A stretch of DNA of 32,000 nt from Methanocaldococcus jannaschii DSM 2661 (GCF_000091665.1 NC_000909.1:1546838-1578837); one strand, 5' to 3'. Shown: positions 1 through 10,969, numbered from the stretch's first letter. Numbers and translations: made by a program. The notes: a model not told the origin generated them from the letters alone.

Positions 1-146
1 CATATTATGCAATGCTTTCAAGAGGATATAATGGAGAAATAAAGCACATCTACAGAGAAGAAATTAAAATTAAAGATATCGCATTTTTATTATTTTCAAT
101 AATCATAACAGCTTTACTTGTATTATTTGATAGAGGGATACTATGA
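1..146 (+). CDS. cbiQ: C-terminal end of CbiQ-type ECF transporter transmembrane protein (partial)
   Basis: Frame starting at base 3 reads YYAMLSRGYNGEIKHIYREEIKIKDIAFLLFSIIITALLVLFDRGIL*. AMLSRGYNGE resembles the CbiQ motif; the stop overlaps the cbiO start. Confidence 0.8.
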   Translation, partial: YYAMLSRGYNGEIKHIYREEIKIKDIAFLLFSIIITALLVLFDRGIL

Positions 147-979
147 AAGAAATATATAGACTTGTTGATGTTTCATATAAATATCCTAATGGTTCTATTG
201 CTTTGGATAATGTAAATCTAAATATATACAAAAATGAGGTAGTAGCTATTTTAGGACCAAATGGAGCAGGAAAAACCACATTATTAAAAATTTTAGATGG
301 ATTAGTATTTCCAGATAAAGGAGAAGTTTATTTTGAAGGTAAAAAATTAACTGACGAAATATTAAGAGACAAAGAACTGATGAAAGAATTCAGAAGAAAA
401 GTTGGATTCGTTTTTCAAAATCCTGATGTCATGCTATTCAATCCAACTGTTTGGGATGAAGTGGCTTTTTCTCCTCTCCACCTTTACTCAAAAGAAAAGG
501 CTATTGAAGTTACCGACAAAACATTAAAAGACATGAAAATTTATCATTTAAAGGATAGGCATCCTTATAATCTAAGTGGTGGAGAGAAGAAAAAGGTTTC
601 AATATCGTGTATATTGTCTGTTGAACCAGAGGTTATTTTAATGGATGAACCTACATCTGCATTAGACCCAAAAAGTAGGGCTGAAATTATGAATTTAATA
701 AAATCATTTAAAGAGTGTGGAAAAACTGTGGTTTTAGTTACTCATGATTTAAATTTGGCTTGCTTGGCAGATAGATGCTACGTATTAAACAAAAAGGTTA
801 TATTCGAAGGAAAAGTAAAGGATTTATTTTCACTAAATTTGGATGAGTTAAATTTAGATGTTCCTGAGATATCTAAGCTTTTTATTAAATTGAAGAATAT
901 GGGTTATAATATAAATGAAATACCAGTTACATTAGATGAAGCAGTCAATATTATTTCAAAATTATTTCAAAAATATTAG
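143..979 (+). CDS. cbiO: Cobalt/nickel ECF transporter ATP-binding protein
   Basis: Walker A LGPNGAGKTT, signature LSGGEKKKV, Walker B VILMDEPTSALDP; overlaps the end of cbiQ. Confidence 0.92.
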   Translation: MKEIYRLVDVSYKYPNGSIALDNVNLNIYKNEVVAILGPNGAGKTTLLKILDGLVFPDKGEVYFEGKKLTDEILRDKELMKEFRRKVGFVFQNPDVMLFNPTVWDEVAFSPLHLYSKEKAIEVTDKTLKDMKIYHLKDRHPYNLSGGEKKKVSISCILSVEPEVILMDEPTSALDPKSRAEIMNLIKSFKECGKTVVLVTHDLNLACLADRCYVLNKKVIFEGKVKDLFSLNLDELNLDVPEISKLFIKLKNMGYNINEIPVTLDEAVNIISKLFQKY

Positions 980-3627
980 GAAAGTAGCTTCTCTAAAATT
1001 CTTATTGCTTGCCATTTATCTAAAAATTCGTTAAATGTTCCACACTTTGTTGAGTATATGCAGAGAGGACATCCGTCTGCGCAGTTACAGTTTTTCAAAT
1101 GCTCTAAGCTTTTATTTAGCAGTTTTTCAGCATTTTCATATAGAATCTCCGCCAATCCAAAGCCTCCCTCATTTCCGTCATAGATGAAGATAACTGCTTT
1201 ATCCTTAAACAGATTTCTGTTGAATCTCTCATAGCTGTAGCCACCAATCTCTCTGCTGTCTATATAGGTAAAGATTGGAGTTATCTTTATAATATTATGC
1301 TCTATAGCATGCAAACCCCCAGCAATGCCGTCTTTGCTATCAATAAGCTTTTTTATCTTATAGGTTAGCTCTTCAACCTTTTTAGTGTCTTTTTTAACGT
1401 TTAAGTGCTTTTTAACTCTATTTTTAATAACATTCTTTATGTAAGTGAGTTGTAGCTCCCAAGTAAATTGGAAATAGCTCTTTTCTGCTGAGTTTTCTAT
1501 CTCTATAGATTGAGATAGCTAAATCATCCTCTTCTATCTTATCCAAGAAACTCAAAGAACTCTTCATTTGGTTAACATCCCTAATATAATCTGGAAATAA
1601 CATAACCATATTCCATCTGTCTCAAAGTCTCTAATAATCTTTTTGTTAAACTTAACACTTATAAAGTTCAAGCCAAAGAAATCCTTAAATAAATCAATCT
1701 CTGCATCTAAGATGCCATTATCTTTTAGAGCTAAAAGCTCTTGATAGTATTTATCAACATCAACTCCTCTAACAATAAATCCCTCATAAATCTTCCTAAC
1801 TCTCAATCTTCCATAATAGATGTCTATATCCTTATAGCTCTTTTTATCATAAATATCTAAGATGTCAATCTCTTCCTCTTTCTTCTGCAGTGCTTCAACA
1901 TCCCAAAACATATCCAACTCATCGGCAAATATAAAATGAAATTTCCTAATACCTATCTTGTCCTTGGCTATAAACAGCTTCCCTCTTGAAAAATAGGGCA
2001 TTCCAGTAATTAGAGAGCGGTAATACTCATCTTTATCAACCTCTTCAATAACATAGCCCTTAATCTTAAGCCAATTTATAAAACTCAAAATCTCACTTTG
2101 GGTTTTATTTAACAATTTAGATTTAATCCATGGTTTATCTAAGATTAAATAATAGCTCTCATCACTTGCAGTTCTTATTGATGAATAAATAGGCTGTTTT
2201 ACATTCCTTATCTCTGTCTTGTTGGTTATTGGGTTTTTATAAATCTTTATCTTCCCTTCTCTCTCAAGTTCTTTAACTATCTCCTTCTCAAAGTCATTAA
2301 GTTCATCAAAATCCACTATTTTTAACTCAGAGATTAAATAATGCAAGTGCTTCTTAGTAACAAATCTATTTTTTATATTTACTGGCATGTATTCAATAAT
2401 TCCTTTCCTAATCCTCTCATAAAGCTCATTTAGATGCTCTTTATAGTAATAATCTAAACCGTCCTTCCTTAGAACTATGATGTTTAAAGCTTCTTTATCT
2501 CTCCTCCCAGCCCTACCAAACCTCTGAATTAATGAAAATATGCCATCTGGTGGAATACCATAGTTTATAACTGCATCTAAATCTCCAATATCAATTCCAA
2601 GCTCTAAAGCATTGGTTGTTAATAAAGCTAATATCTCCCCATTTTTAAACTTCTCCTCTATCTCCTCCCTGACATACTTTGGCAGAGTGCCTTTATAGGT
2701 TGAGAGTTTATAAAAAACCTTAGAATTTAATAAAAATCTCATCAACTTCTCTGTCTCTTTCCTTGTATCAAAGAATACAAGAGTTTTTATATTGTTATCT
2801 ACTAAATTCTCTATCAATCTTCTCAACAACTGTTTATTGTCCAAATTCTTTGGCTCTAAGATTGCTAAATACTTCCTTGATGAAGGATTGTAGCTTTTAT
2901 CAACAACCTCAAAATCTCTATTAAACAACAATTTAACAAACTCTTTTGGGTTTTTTAAAGTTGCAGAGAGGCAGAGTATCTGCAAATTGTTATTTAATCT
3001 CTTCAAAAGCTTTAACAATCTCTTAAAAACATAAACCATGTTTGTTCCAAAGACTCCCCTATAAACGTGGAGTTCATCAACAACTAAGAGCTTTAAATTC
3101 TTTAAAAGCCATAAATAGTTGTTGTGGTTTTTTAATATTTGATAGTGAAGCATATCTGGAGTTGTAAATAATACATTTGGCTTATCCTTCAAAATCTCCC
3201 TTCTTTTCTCTAAGCCCACATCTCCAGTTAATATCTCTGCTTTAACTCTCTTGTTAGTTATTTTATAAAATAGCTCATTCTCCATAGAGAATTTTTCATA
3301 TTGGTTGTTTATCAATGCCCTTGTTGGATAAATAAGCAGATACCTATCGTCAGGATTTGACAAGAAGTTGTCAAATATAGCCAATCTAAAAATCTCACTC
3401 TTTCCACTTGCTGTTGATGTTGTAACAACCACATCTTTTTTATTGTAGAGATACTTTAAAGCCTTAACTTGATGTAAATATAATTTAAATCCTAAGGCAT
3501 CAATTAGCTCATTAATCTCTTTATTTTTAAATTTGAAGTTGGAGAATCTCCCTTTCCTCTCTGGGATTTTGTAAATCTTTATAATTTCTTTTTCAATGCC
3601 TTTAAATACATCTTCCATGACAATCAT
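976..3627 (-). pseudogene. DEAD/DEAH-box helicase with C-terminal DUF1998-like Zn module (MrfA/Hrq1-like), interrupted by at least two frameshifts
   Basis: 1564-3627 (-) has TTSTASGKSE, VVDELHVY, LCLSATLKNP, TNALELGIDIG, QRFGRAGR. 1424-1609 (-) continues as LFPDYIRDVNQMKSS. A third frame covering ~1500-976 reads ENSAEKSYFQFTWELQLTYIKNV...GGLHAIEHNIIKITPIFTYIDSREIGG...NCNCADGCPLC, the typical family C-terminus. Confidence 0.78.
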
Positions 3628-3861
3628 CTTCTATTGAATCTTTTCCATAAACGTTATTTATACTGGGAAATAAATTTTTAATGATTAATGCTAAATAGAT
3701 TTGTAATCTTGGATATTTAATATTGGGTAAACTGGTGAAATCATTTAAAATTTAAATAACCATAAGCTACCGCTCTATAATATCCATAAAAGGAAATATG
3801 ATTATAAAACTGACTTCAATAAATTTGGAGGATAATCATAATAAAAGAAATTTTAAAATAT

Positions 3862-4086
3862 AGTGTCTTTCAAAGTTGTTAAAATTAATATTAATAATGG
3901 ATATTTGAACGCTCTCCTATAGGGAGGTGTTCATTAATGCCTTAGTTATTCCAGAAACCATAGGGCTTCGCCTATTGGTATACCCAAATCCTTCTGAGTT
4001 GCACCTCCGAGCGTAAGCGAGGAGGTGTTAGATTTTTGATGAACCTTTTACTAAAAGGTTCTTTCAAAATGTTTTTGAAAGATACT
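3862..4086. repeat. Intergenic inverted-repeat-bounded element (family A)
   Basis: AGTGTCTTTCAAA at 3862-3874 versus TTTGAAAGATACT at 4074-4086 (12/13 inverted match), with internal hairpins at 4002-4027 and 4041-4061. Confidence 0.6.
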
Positions 4087-4107
4087 AATAAAATATAAGG
4101 TGATAAA

Positions 4108-4674
4108 ATGATTGTTATCTTAGACAACGGAGGGCAGTATGTTCATAGAATACACAGAAGTTTAAAGTATATTGGAGTTAGCTCAAAGATAGTTCCAAAT
4201 ACAACACCATTGGAAGAGATTGAAAGCAATAAAGAAGTTAAGGGTATTATACTAAGTGGAGGGCCTGATATTGAAAAAGCTAAAAATTGTATAGATATTG
4301 CTTTAAATGCTAAACTCCCTATTTTGGGGATTTGTTTAGGACATCAATTAATTGCCTTGGCTTATGGTGGAGAGGTTGGAAGGGCTGAGGCAGAAGAATA
4401 CGCACTAACAAAGGTCTATGTAGATAAAGAAAACGATTTATTTAAAAACGTTCCAAGAGAGTTCAATGCATGGGCTTCACATAAGGATGAGGTTAAAAAA
4501 GTTCCAGAAGGTTTTGAGATTTTAGCTCATTCAGATATATGTCAGGTTGAAGCAATGAAACATAAAACAAAGCCGATTTATGGAGTTCAGTTCCACCCTG
4601 AAGTTGCTCATACAGAATATGGAAATGAGATTTTGAAAAACTTTTGTAAAGTTTGTGGTTACAAATTTGAATAA
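4108..4674 (+). CDS. guaAA: GMP synthase glutamine amidotransferase subunit
   Basis: Class I GATase motifs [13 protein letters not shown] and [14 protein letters not shown]; no synthetase domain fused. Confidence 0.93.
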   Translation: MIVILDNGGQYVHRIHRSLKYIGVSSKIVPNTTPLEEIESNKEVKGIILSGGPDIEKAKNCIDIALNAKLPILGICLGHQLIALAYGGEVGRAEAEEYALTKVYVDKENDLFKNVPREFNAWASHKDEVKKVPEGFEILAHSDICQVEAMKHKTKPIYGVQFHPEVAHTEYGNEILKNFCKVCGYKFE

Positions 4675-4754
4675 CTAATAATAAAATTTATATAAGTTGA
4701 TATCAAACATACTAAACTATCCAAATAATTCAAATTCTTTTTTGTGGTGAAATT

Positions 4755-5324
4755 ATGTTAATGTTATTGTTAATTATTGTTGGATTAATACTTGCATTGA
4801 TTGTTTTAGGTATTGTGATTTATATTGTCTCAATATATAACAGATTCCAAACATTAAAAAATGGAGCTGAGGCAACATTGGGGCAGATAAGGGTTGCTTT
4901 AAAAAAGAGATTGGACATGATTAACCAGCTTGTTGAGGCAGTTAAAAGCTATGCAAGCTTTGAAAAGGAAACATTAACAAAAATAACTGAGCTGAGGAGT
5001 AGCGTATTGAAAGCAAACACAGCTGAAGAAATTCAAAATATTGAAAGAGAGTCAAGGAACATCTTAGGAAATATTTTAGTAGCTGTTGAAAATTATCCAG
5101 AGTTAAAAACCTCCGAGACAGTTAAAGAGTTGATGGATGCAATAAAGGAGATAGAGGATGAGATTGCAAGGCATAGATACACCTATAATAATATAGTCCA
5201 AGAGTTCAACACAAAAATAGATACATTCCCTTCAAATATTGTAGCAAATTTATTTGGATTTAGGAAGATGGATTATCTGCAGTTTGAAGAGGAGATATAT
5301 GAAAGACCTAAGATTAGCTTTTAA
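4755..5324 (+). CDS. LemA family protein
   Basis: N-terminal TM helix followed by [48 protein letters not shown], then [19 protein letters not shown]. Confidence 0.9.
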
Positions 5325-5353
5325 TTATTAATTTTAATTTTTAGGGGATTTTT

Positions 5354-7150
5354 ATGAGGGAGGAGAAGGAAATTATCATTGTCTGTCTTCTCATTTTTAT
5401 TGTGGGAGTTGTTGGAATTTTTTTGACCACATCATTTAACGGAATGAAATACACTTCTATATATATTAAAGACTATGAGGCAAATTTGTATATTGGGAAG
5501 AATTTAACATTAGAAGAAATTTACAGTTATGAGGTCTTAGAAGGTAGGAAGTACAGGATGCTATATAGAGATTGGAAAGCTCCATTGGTCTATAATGGCA
5601 GTTTAAATACCCCTTATGTAAAAGTTTTAAACCTCTCTACCTCATCAAAAGACATGGTTGGATATGTTGTTGATTATAAAGGAGACATTTTTGTATTTAG
5701 TGATGAGGACTGGATAAAAAGAAATATTGAAGAGATTGTAGATAAATATTATATAAGAAACGAAGTTGGATTCTATAACCCTCTTTACATACGCAATCCC
5801 GGAATTTATACAACAAGTTATAAGTTTGTCATATATCCTCCAATTGAGACCGACAATGTATTTTATCATATAAATTTAAAGCTTGCAGATGAACACCTCC
5901 CTTACAAAAATGTTAAAATTAATGTTATAGACGAAAATAACAGTATATTAGATTTGTTCGTCTATCCTTCAACATTCAAGGTTTATAAAACATATTTTGG
6001 TTATACTATTGAAGGAAGTAGTCCAAAGAATGACCCAATTGAAGTTGAAATGTTGTTAAAACCAAATTCAGTTAATGGATTCACAAGATATGTTTATAAT
6101 GTAGAGGGAAAAACAATATCTGCCTATAAAAAATATACTTTTGTAAGTAACATTGTAATGACTTTAAAATATCTCCTAATGGCAATAATTTTGTTATTTC
6201 CATTGATAGCTTATATCATATATTTAAAATTTGGAAAGGAGAAGTTTTATGTAGTTCCAGAATATTTAAGCTATGTTCCAAATAAAAATAGAAAACCATG
6301 GATTGTTAATCTCATATTTGCTGGAGATGCCGGATTTTTTGATAAAGAGGGATTTTATGCCACTTTATTGGACTTACATAACAGGGGCTATATAAAAATA
6401 ATGAACGGTGGAAAAATAGAGATTTTAAAAACAGATTTAGAAAATTTGGATGTATATGAATCAGATGTTATGAAGTTTTTGATGAAGTATTCAAAAAACA
6501 ATGTATTTGACCCTGAGTATATAAAATCCCTTGCTCAGAAATATAAATCTTCTAAGGATAAACTTAAGAAGTTAAAAGATGAGTTAGATAAAATTATGGA
6601 GTATCCAAGATATTCATCAAAAGTGGTAAATGCTTTCTTAGAAACAAGAGGAAAGAAGATAATTATAGCACTTTTAGTAATATCTATATTACTTGCAGTA
6701 TTCCTATATTTCATACCCAAATATTCCCAAACATTTAATGAGGTATTTTACCTCTCAATAGTATTTGTTGTCCAAAATATTATTTTGGCATTAACCCCTA
6801 CATCTCTGTTTGGAAGGTGGAAAGCCAATTATTATAAAGAAAAATTGGAGTGGGATGCGTTTAAAAACTTTTTATCCAACTTAGCGATGATTAAAAAATA
6901 TTCTCCGGAGGATATATCAATTTGGAAGGATTGGCTTATTTATGGAACAGCTTTAGGAGTTGGAGATAAAGTCGTTGAGGCGATGAAATCGTTAAACCTC
7001 TCTGAATTGGTTGCTGACTATGTAATAATTCACTCAAACTATGATTCAATGAAAACTTCTGTAGATAGTGTATATTCATCAACAACAGGCTCTGGCGGAG
7101 GATTTGGAGCAGGAGGAGGCTTTGGTGGCGGGGGAGGAGGAGCGAGATAA
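5354..7150 (+). CDS. DUF2207-type membrane protein with Gly-rich C-terminus
   Basis: Signal/TM N-terminus, TM segments, C-terminal [18 protein letters not shown]; adjacent to lemA, as is common for this pair. Confidence 0.8.
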
Positions 7151-7216
7151 TTTTCATAAGTAAATTTTATTAATTTTGAAAGACCTACTATAAAAACAAA
7201 AACAAGAGGAGAAATA

Positions 7217-7996
7217 ATGGATAATAATAGAAAAGTTATAATTGTTGGAGCAGGTCCTGGAGACCCTGAGCTAATAACAATCAAAGGTAAAAAAGCTATA
7301 GAAGAGGCGGATGTAATTATCTATGCTGGTTCATTAGTCAATGAAAAGCTCTTAGAGTATAACAAAAAAAATGCTGAAATTTACAACAGTGCAAACATGA
7401 ACTTAGAGGAAATAATTGATGTGATGGTTAAAGCAGTTAATCAAGGAAAGAAAGTCGTTAGATTACACACAGGAGACCCTTCTATTTACGGAGCTATAAA
7501 GGAGCAGATTGATGAGCTATCTAAATATGGAATAGATGTAGAGATAATTCCAGGAGTTAGCTCCTTATTTGCAGCAACTGCTTCATTAAAAGTTGAGCTA
7601 ACTCTCCCAGAGGTTTCTCAGACAGTTATTATCACAAGACCAGAGGGAAGGACTCCAATGCCAGAAAAAGAAAAGTTGAGGGATTTAGCTAAGCATCAAT
7701 CAACAATGGCTATTTTTTTAGGCGTTTCAATGATTGACAAGGTTGTTAAAGAGCTAATTGAAGGTGGCTATAGAGAAGAAACTCCAGTGGCTGTTGTTTA
7801 TCACGCTTCATGGGATGATGAAAAAATAGTTAGAGGGACTTTAAAGGATATAGCTGAAAAGGTAAAAAAAGAGGGAATTAAAAAAACTGCACTAATAATT
7901 GTTGGAGAGGTTTTAAATCCAAAGTATTATGCATACTCTAAACTCTACGATAAGAATTTTGAGCATGAATATAGAAAAAGCCATAAAAAATTTTGA
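7217..7996 (+). CDS. cbiF: Cobalt-precorrin-4 C11-methyltransferase
   Basis: VIIVGAGPGDPELITIKGKKAIEEADVIIYAGSLVN, VRLHTGDPSIYGAIKEQI, EIIPGVSSLFAA. Confidence 0.93.
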   Translation: MDNNRKVIIVGAGPGDPELITIKGKKAIEEADVIIYAGSLVNEKLLEYNKKNAEIYNSANMNLEEIIDVMVKAVNQGKKVVRLHTGDPSIYGAIKEQIDELSKYGIDVEIIPGVSSLFAATASLKVELTLPEVSQTVIITRPEGRTPMPEKEKLRDLAKHQSTMAIFLGVSMIDKVVKELIEGGYREETPVAVVYHASWDDEKIVRGTLKDIAEKVKKEGIKKTALIIVGEVLNPKYYAYSKLYDKNFEHEYRKSHKKF

Positions 7997-8090
7997 TGAA
8001 ACTTTTTTGAAAAGTTTCATTCTGACTTTTGATAAAGATTTTGAACATGAATACAGGAAAAAGAAGTAAGAAAATTTTTATTTTTATTTT

Positions 8091-8303
8091 TTACTTATTT
8101 TTTCTCTCCTCTATTTTTTCAAGCAGTATCTTTAAATCAGTTTTTTTAGTAATGTCGGTTTCTTTCTCTAACAACTCTCTAACTTTCTGTTCAAGCTCTT
8201 CTAAGCTATTAACACTTTCTAAAAGCTCTTTAATAAACTCCATATTTGCCATATAAGGCAAAACATCAAACATCAACAATTCAATCTCTTTTCTTTGGTT
8301 CAT
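8091..8303 (-). CDS. Small conserved hypothetical protein, 70 aa
   Basis: Acidic/helical ORF overlapping the start of the DUF2304-like gene in an apparent operon. Confidence 0.5.
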   Translation of the reverse strand: MNQRKEIELLMFDVLPYMANMEFIKELLESVNSLEELEQKVRELLEKETDITKKTDLKILLEKIEERKNK

Positions 8304-8655
8304 ATCTATCCCTTATAGCTATTTCTCTAACTATATGTGTTATCTGCCTTTCTAAGTTGTTTATTTTGGCATACAACCTATAAATTAAATAGAATAAGAC
8401 AACTATCGATATATATATAAGTGCATCAACTCCCCTACCAACCCCCAAAACTTCTGCAACATATCCAAAAAACTCTGGGAATACTAAAAATATTACAACG
8501 AAACCCCAGACAAAAATCCAAAATAATCCCTCATTAAAGCTTATACTTCTTCTTTTTAACTGCAACACAACCCTTGACAAGGCAAACAATGCAAATATAA
8601 CCCCAACTATTTGGATTAGTTCCATAAGTTTTTCCTCCAAAATTTTTATAAGCAT
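8281..8655 (-). CDS. DUF2304-like membrane protein
   Basis: Three predicted TM helices, RRSISFNEGLFWIFVWGFVVIFLVFPE. Confidence 0.7.
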   Translation of the reverse strand: MLIKILEEKLMELIQIVGVIFALFALSRVVLQLKRRSISFNEGLFWIFVWGFVVIFLVFPEFFGYVAEVLGVGRGVDALIYISIVVLFYLIYRLYAKINNLERQITHIVREIAIRDRYEPKKRD

Positions 8656-8674
8656 GGGAAAACCCTATTGACAA

Positions 8675-8764
8675 AGGACTTTACAGCTTTTTATACCATA
8701 TAAGGAATTTTGATGCCAAAGGCATCTTTATTCAATCATAAAATTTTATTTCTGTGAAAGTCCT
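8675..8764. repeat. Intergenic inverted-repeat-bounded element (family B), fused to a family A-like fragment at 8771-8836
   Basis: AGGACTTTACAG ... CTGTGAAAGTCCT ends; core GGAATTTTGATGCCAAAGGCATCTTT is shared with 29631-29728. Confidence 0.6.
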
Positions 8765-8915
8765 GTGATACCCTAACACCTCCTCGCTATGCCCGGAGGT
8801 GTAAATTAGCAAATTATTATCTTGAAAGACACACAATATTTTCTCCAAAATTTTTATAAATCTTTTTTATAAATACTCTATCAAACCTCATATATATGCT
8901 TTAATAGGGATAATT

Positions 8916-9836
8916 ATGAAGCATCTAATATCAATGAAGGATATTGGAAAAGAGGAGATTTTAGAGATTTTAGATGAAGCAAGAAAGATGGAAGAGCTTT
9001 TAAATACAAAAAGACCTTTAAAGTTATTGGAAGGGAAAATATTAGCAACTGTTTTTTATGAACCATCAACAAGGACAAGATTGAGTTTTGAAACGGCAAT
9101 GAAGAGGTTAGGTGGAGAAGTAATAACAATGACTGATTTAAAAAGCTCTTCTGTTGCAAAGGGAGAGAGTTTAATAGATACAATTAGAGTAATTAGTGGA
9201 TATGCTGATATAATTGTTTTAAGGCATCCAAGTGAAGGAGCTGCAAGATTGGCAAGTGAATATTCTCAAGTTCCAATTATAAATGCTGGGGATGGGAGTA
9301 ATCAGCATCCTACTCAAACTCTTTTGGATTTATACACAATAATGAGAGAGATTGGCAGGATAGATGGGATAAAGATAGCGTTTGTTGGAGATTTGAAGTA
9401 TGGAAGGACAGTTCATTCCTTGGTCTATGCCCTATCCTTATTTGAAAATGTTGAGATGTATTTTGTATCTCCAAAAGAATTGAGACTACCAAAAGATATT
9501 ATTGAAGATTTAAAAGCTAAAAATATAAAATTTTATGAAAAAGAAAGTTTGGATGATTTAGATGATGATATAGATGTTCTATATGTAACAAGAATCCAGA
9601 AGGAGAGGTTTCCAGACCCTAACGAATATGAAAAGGTTAAAGGTAGCTATAAGATAAAGAGAGAGTATGTCGAAGGAAAGAAGTTTATAATTATGCATCC
9701 ATTACCAAGAGTTGATGAAATTGATTATGATGTTGATGATTTACCTCAAGCAAAGTATTTTAAGCAGAGTTTTTATGGAATTCCAGTGAGAATGGCCATT
9801 TTAAAGAAGCTAATTGAGGATAATGAAGGTGAATAG
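8916..9836 (+). CDS. pyrB: Aspartate carbamoyltransferase catalytic subunit
   Basis: FYEPSTRTRLSFETAMKRLGG, HPTQTLLDLYTI, HPLPRVDEI. Confidence 0.97.
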   Translation: MKHLISMKDIGKEEILEILDEARKMEELLNTKRPLKLLEGKILATVFYEPSTRTRLSFETAMKRLGGEVITMTDLKSSSVAKGESLIDTIRVISGYADIIVLRHPSEGAARLASEYSQVPIINAGDGSNQHPTQTLLDLYTIMREIGRIDGIKIAFVGDLKYGRTVHSLVYALSLFENVEMYFVSPKELRLPKDIIEDLKAKNIKFYEKESLDDLDDDIDVLYVTRIQKERFPDPNEYEKVKGSYKIKREYVEGKKFIIMHPLPRVDEIDYDVDDLPQAKYFKQSFYGIPVRMAILKKLIEDNEGE

Positions 9837-9838
9837 TT

Positions 9839-10588
9839 TTGAGAGATGTGAAATATGTTGATGCTCACTGCCATATAGAAGATAAAGCATTCAACAAAAA
9901 CAGAGATGAGGTCATTGAGAGGGCTAAGAAAGAAGACGTTATAATAGTAACAAGTGGAGCAAGCTTAGGAGGTTGTTTGAGAGCTTTAGAGCTTAGAAAG
10001 AAATATAATATTTATCTAACCCTTGGCTATCATCCTTCGAGAGTTAAAGCAGATGATAAAGTTATAGAGAAGGTTTATAACCTAATTAAAAATAATGAGT
10101 ATGAGATTTTGGCTATTGGAGAGATTGGAATGGACATCAAAGATGAAAACTATAAGAGGCAAGAAGAAATATTTAAAAAATTTTTGTCCTTAGCTGAAGA
10201 GCTTAACAAACCAATAGTTGTTCATGCAAGAGGATTTGAGAGAAAGATATTTGATATAGCCAAAGATAAAGTTGATATTATGTTCCATTGCTATAGTGGC
10301 GATGTAGAGTTAGCTAAGGAGATTGGAAAAGAAGGGCATTTAATATCAATTTCAACATTGGTGTGCTTTTCAGAACATCATAAAAAACTTGTTGAAAGCT
10401 TAGATTTAGAGTATTTAACTACTGAGACTGACAGCCCTTATCTATCTCCAATCAAAGGAACTAAAAATGAACCAAAGAATGTTAAATTGGTTATTGAGGA
10501 GATAGCAAAGATTAAAGAGATGGAAGTTGAAGAGGTAAAAGATGTCATTTACAAAAACACATGTAAATTCTTTAAGAGGAGATTGTAA
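9839..10588 (+). CDS. TatD-family metal-dependent hydrolase
   Basis: VDAHCHIEDKAF, TLGYHPSR, AIGEIGMD, VVHARG, TETDSPYLSP. Confidence 0.93.
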   Translation: MRDVKYVDAHCHIEDKAFNKNRDEVIERAKKEDVIIVTSGASLGGCLRALELRKKYNIYLTLGYHPSRVKADDKVIEKVYNLIKNNEYEILAIGEIGMDIKDENYKRQEEIFKKFLSLAEELNKPIVVHARGFERKIFDIAKDKVDIMFHCYSGDVELAKEIGKEGHLISISTLVCFSEHHKKLVESLDLEYLTTETDSPYLSPIKGTKNEPKNVKLVIEEIAKIKEMEVEEVKDVIYKNTCKFFKRRL

Positions 10589-10968
10589 TGTATTATTTAA
10601 AACCCATTGGAGTTGTAGAGCAAAATGAGAACTATACAGTCCTAAATATATTTGATGAGTTTGTAGAGGGGTTAGATGGTTTAAAGGAGGGAGATTACAT
10701 TATTGTTTTGGTTTGGTTTCATAAAAACGACAGTGAAGAAAAACGAAAAATTTTAAAGGTTCATCCAAGAGGGGATATAAATAACCCATTAAAAGGAGTT
10801 TTTGCTACCCGTTCTCCCTACAGACCAAACCCTATTGGAAAATACACTGTAAAAATACATAAAATTTATAGAAATAAAATTTTCATTGACAAAATTGACG
10901 CTTACAATGAAACACCAATAATTGATATAAAAATATTTTCAGAAAAGTTGGATTGTCCAAAGATATAA
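10588..10968 (+). CDS. TrmO/TsaA-family tRNA (adenine37-N6)-methyltransferase-like protein
   Basis: GVVEQ...GLKEGDYIIVLVWFHKND...GVFATRSPYRPNPIGKYTVKI. Confidence 0.88.
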   Translation: MYYLKPIGVVEQNENYTVLNIFDEFVEGLDGLKEGDYIIVLVWFHKNDSEEKRKILKVHPRGDINNPLKGVFATRSPYRPNPIGKYTVKIHKIYRNKIFIDKIDAYNETPIIDIKIFSEKLDCPKI

Positions 10969-10969
10969 A

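Noticed and set aside
7050-7150. Gly-rich, repetitive C-terminus of the DUF2207 protein as a possible microsatellite or contingency locus
   Set aside because: GGX-rich tails are common in this family, and codons vary (GGC/GGA/GGT/GGG), so it is not a simple DNA repeat.
8029-8256. Plus-strand ORF 8029-8256 (IFIFYLFFLSSIFSSSIFKSVFLV...)
   Set aside because: Low-complexity shadow of the minus-strand gene 8091-8303. It starts near the duplicated cbiF tail but does not explain it.
8914-9492. Minus-strand ORFs 8914-9183 and 9310-9492
   Set aside because: Antisense shadows of pyrB with low-complexity Leu/Ser/Pro-rich composition.
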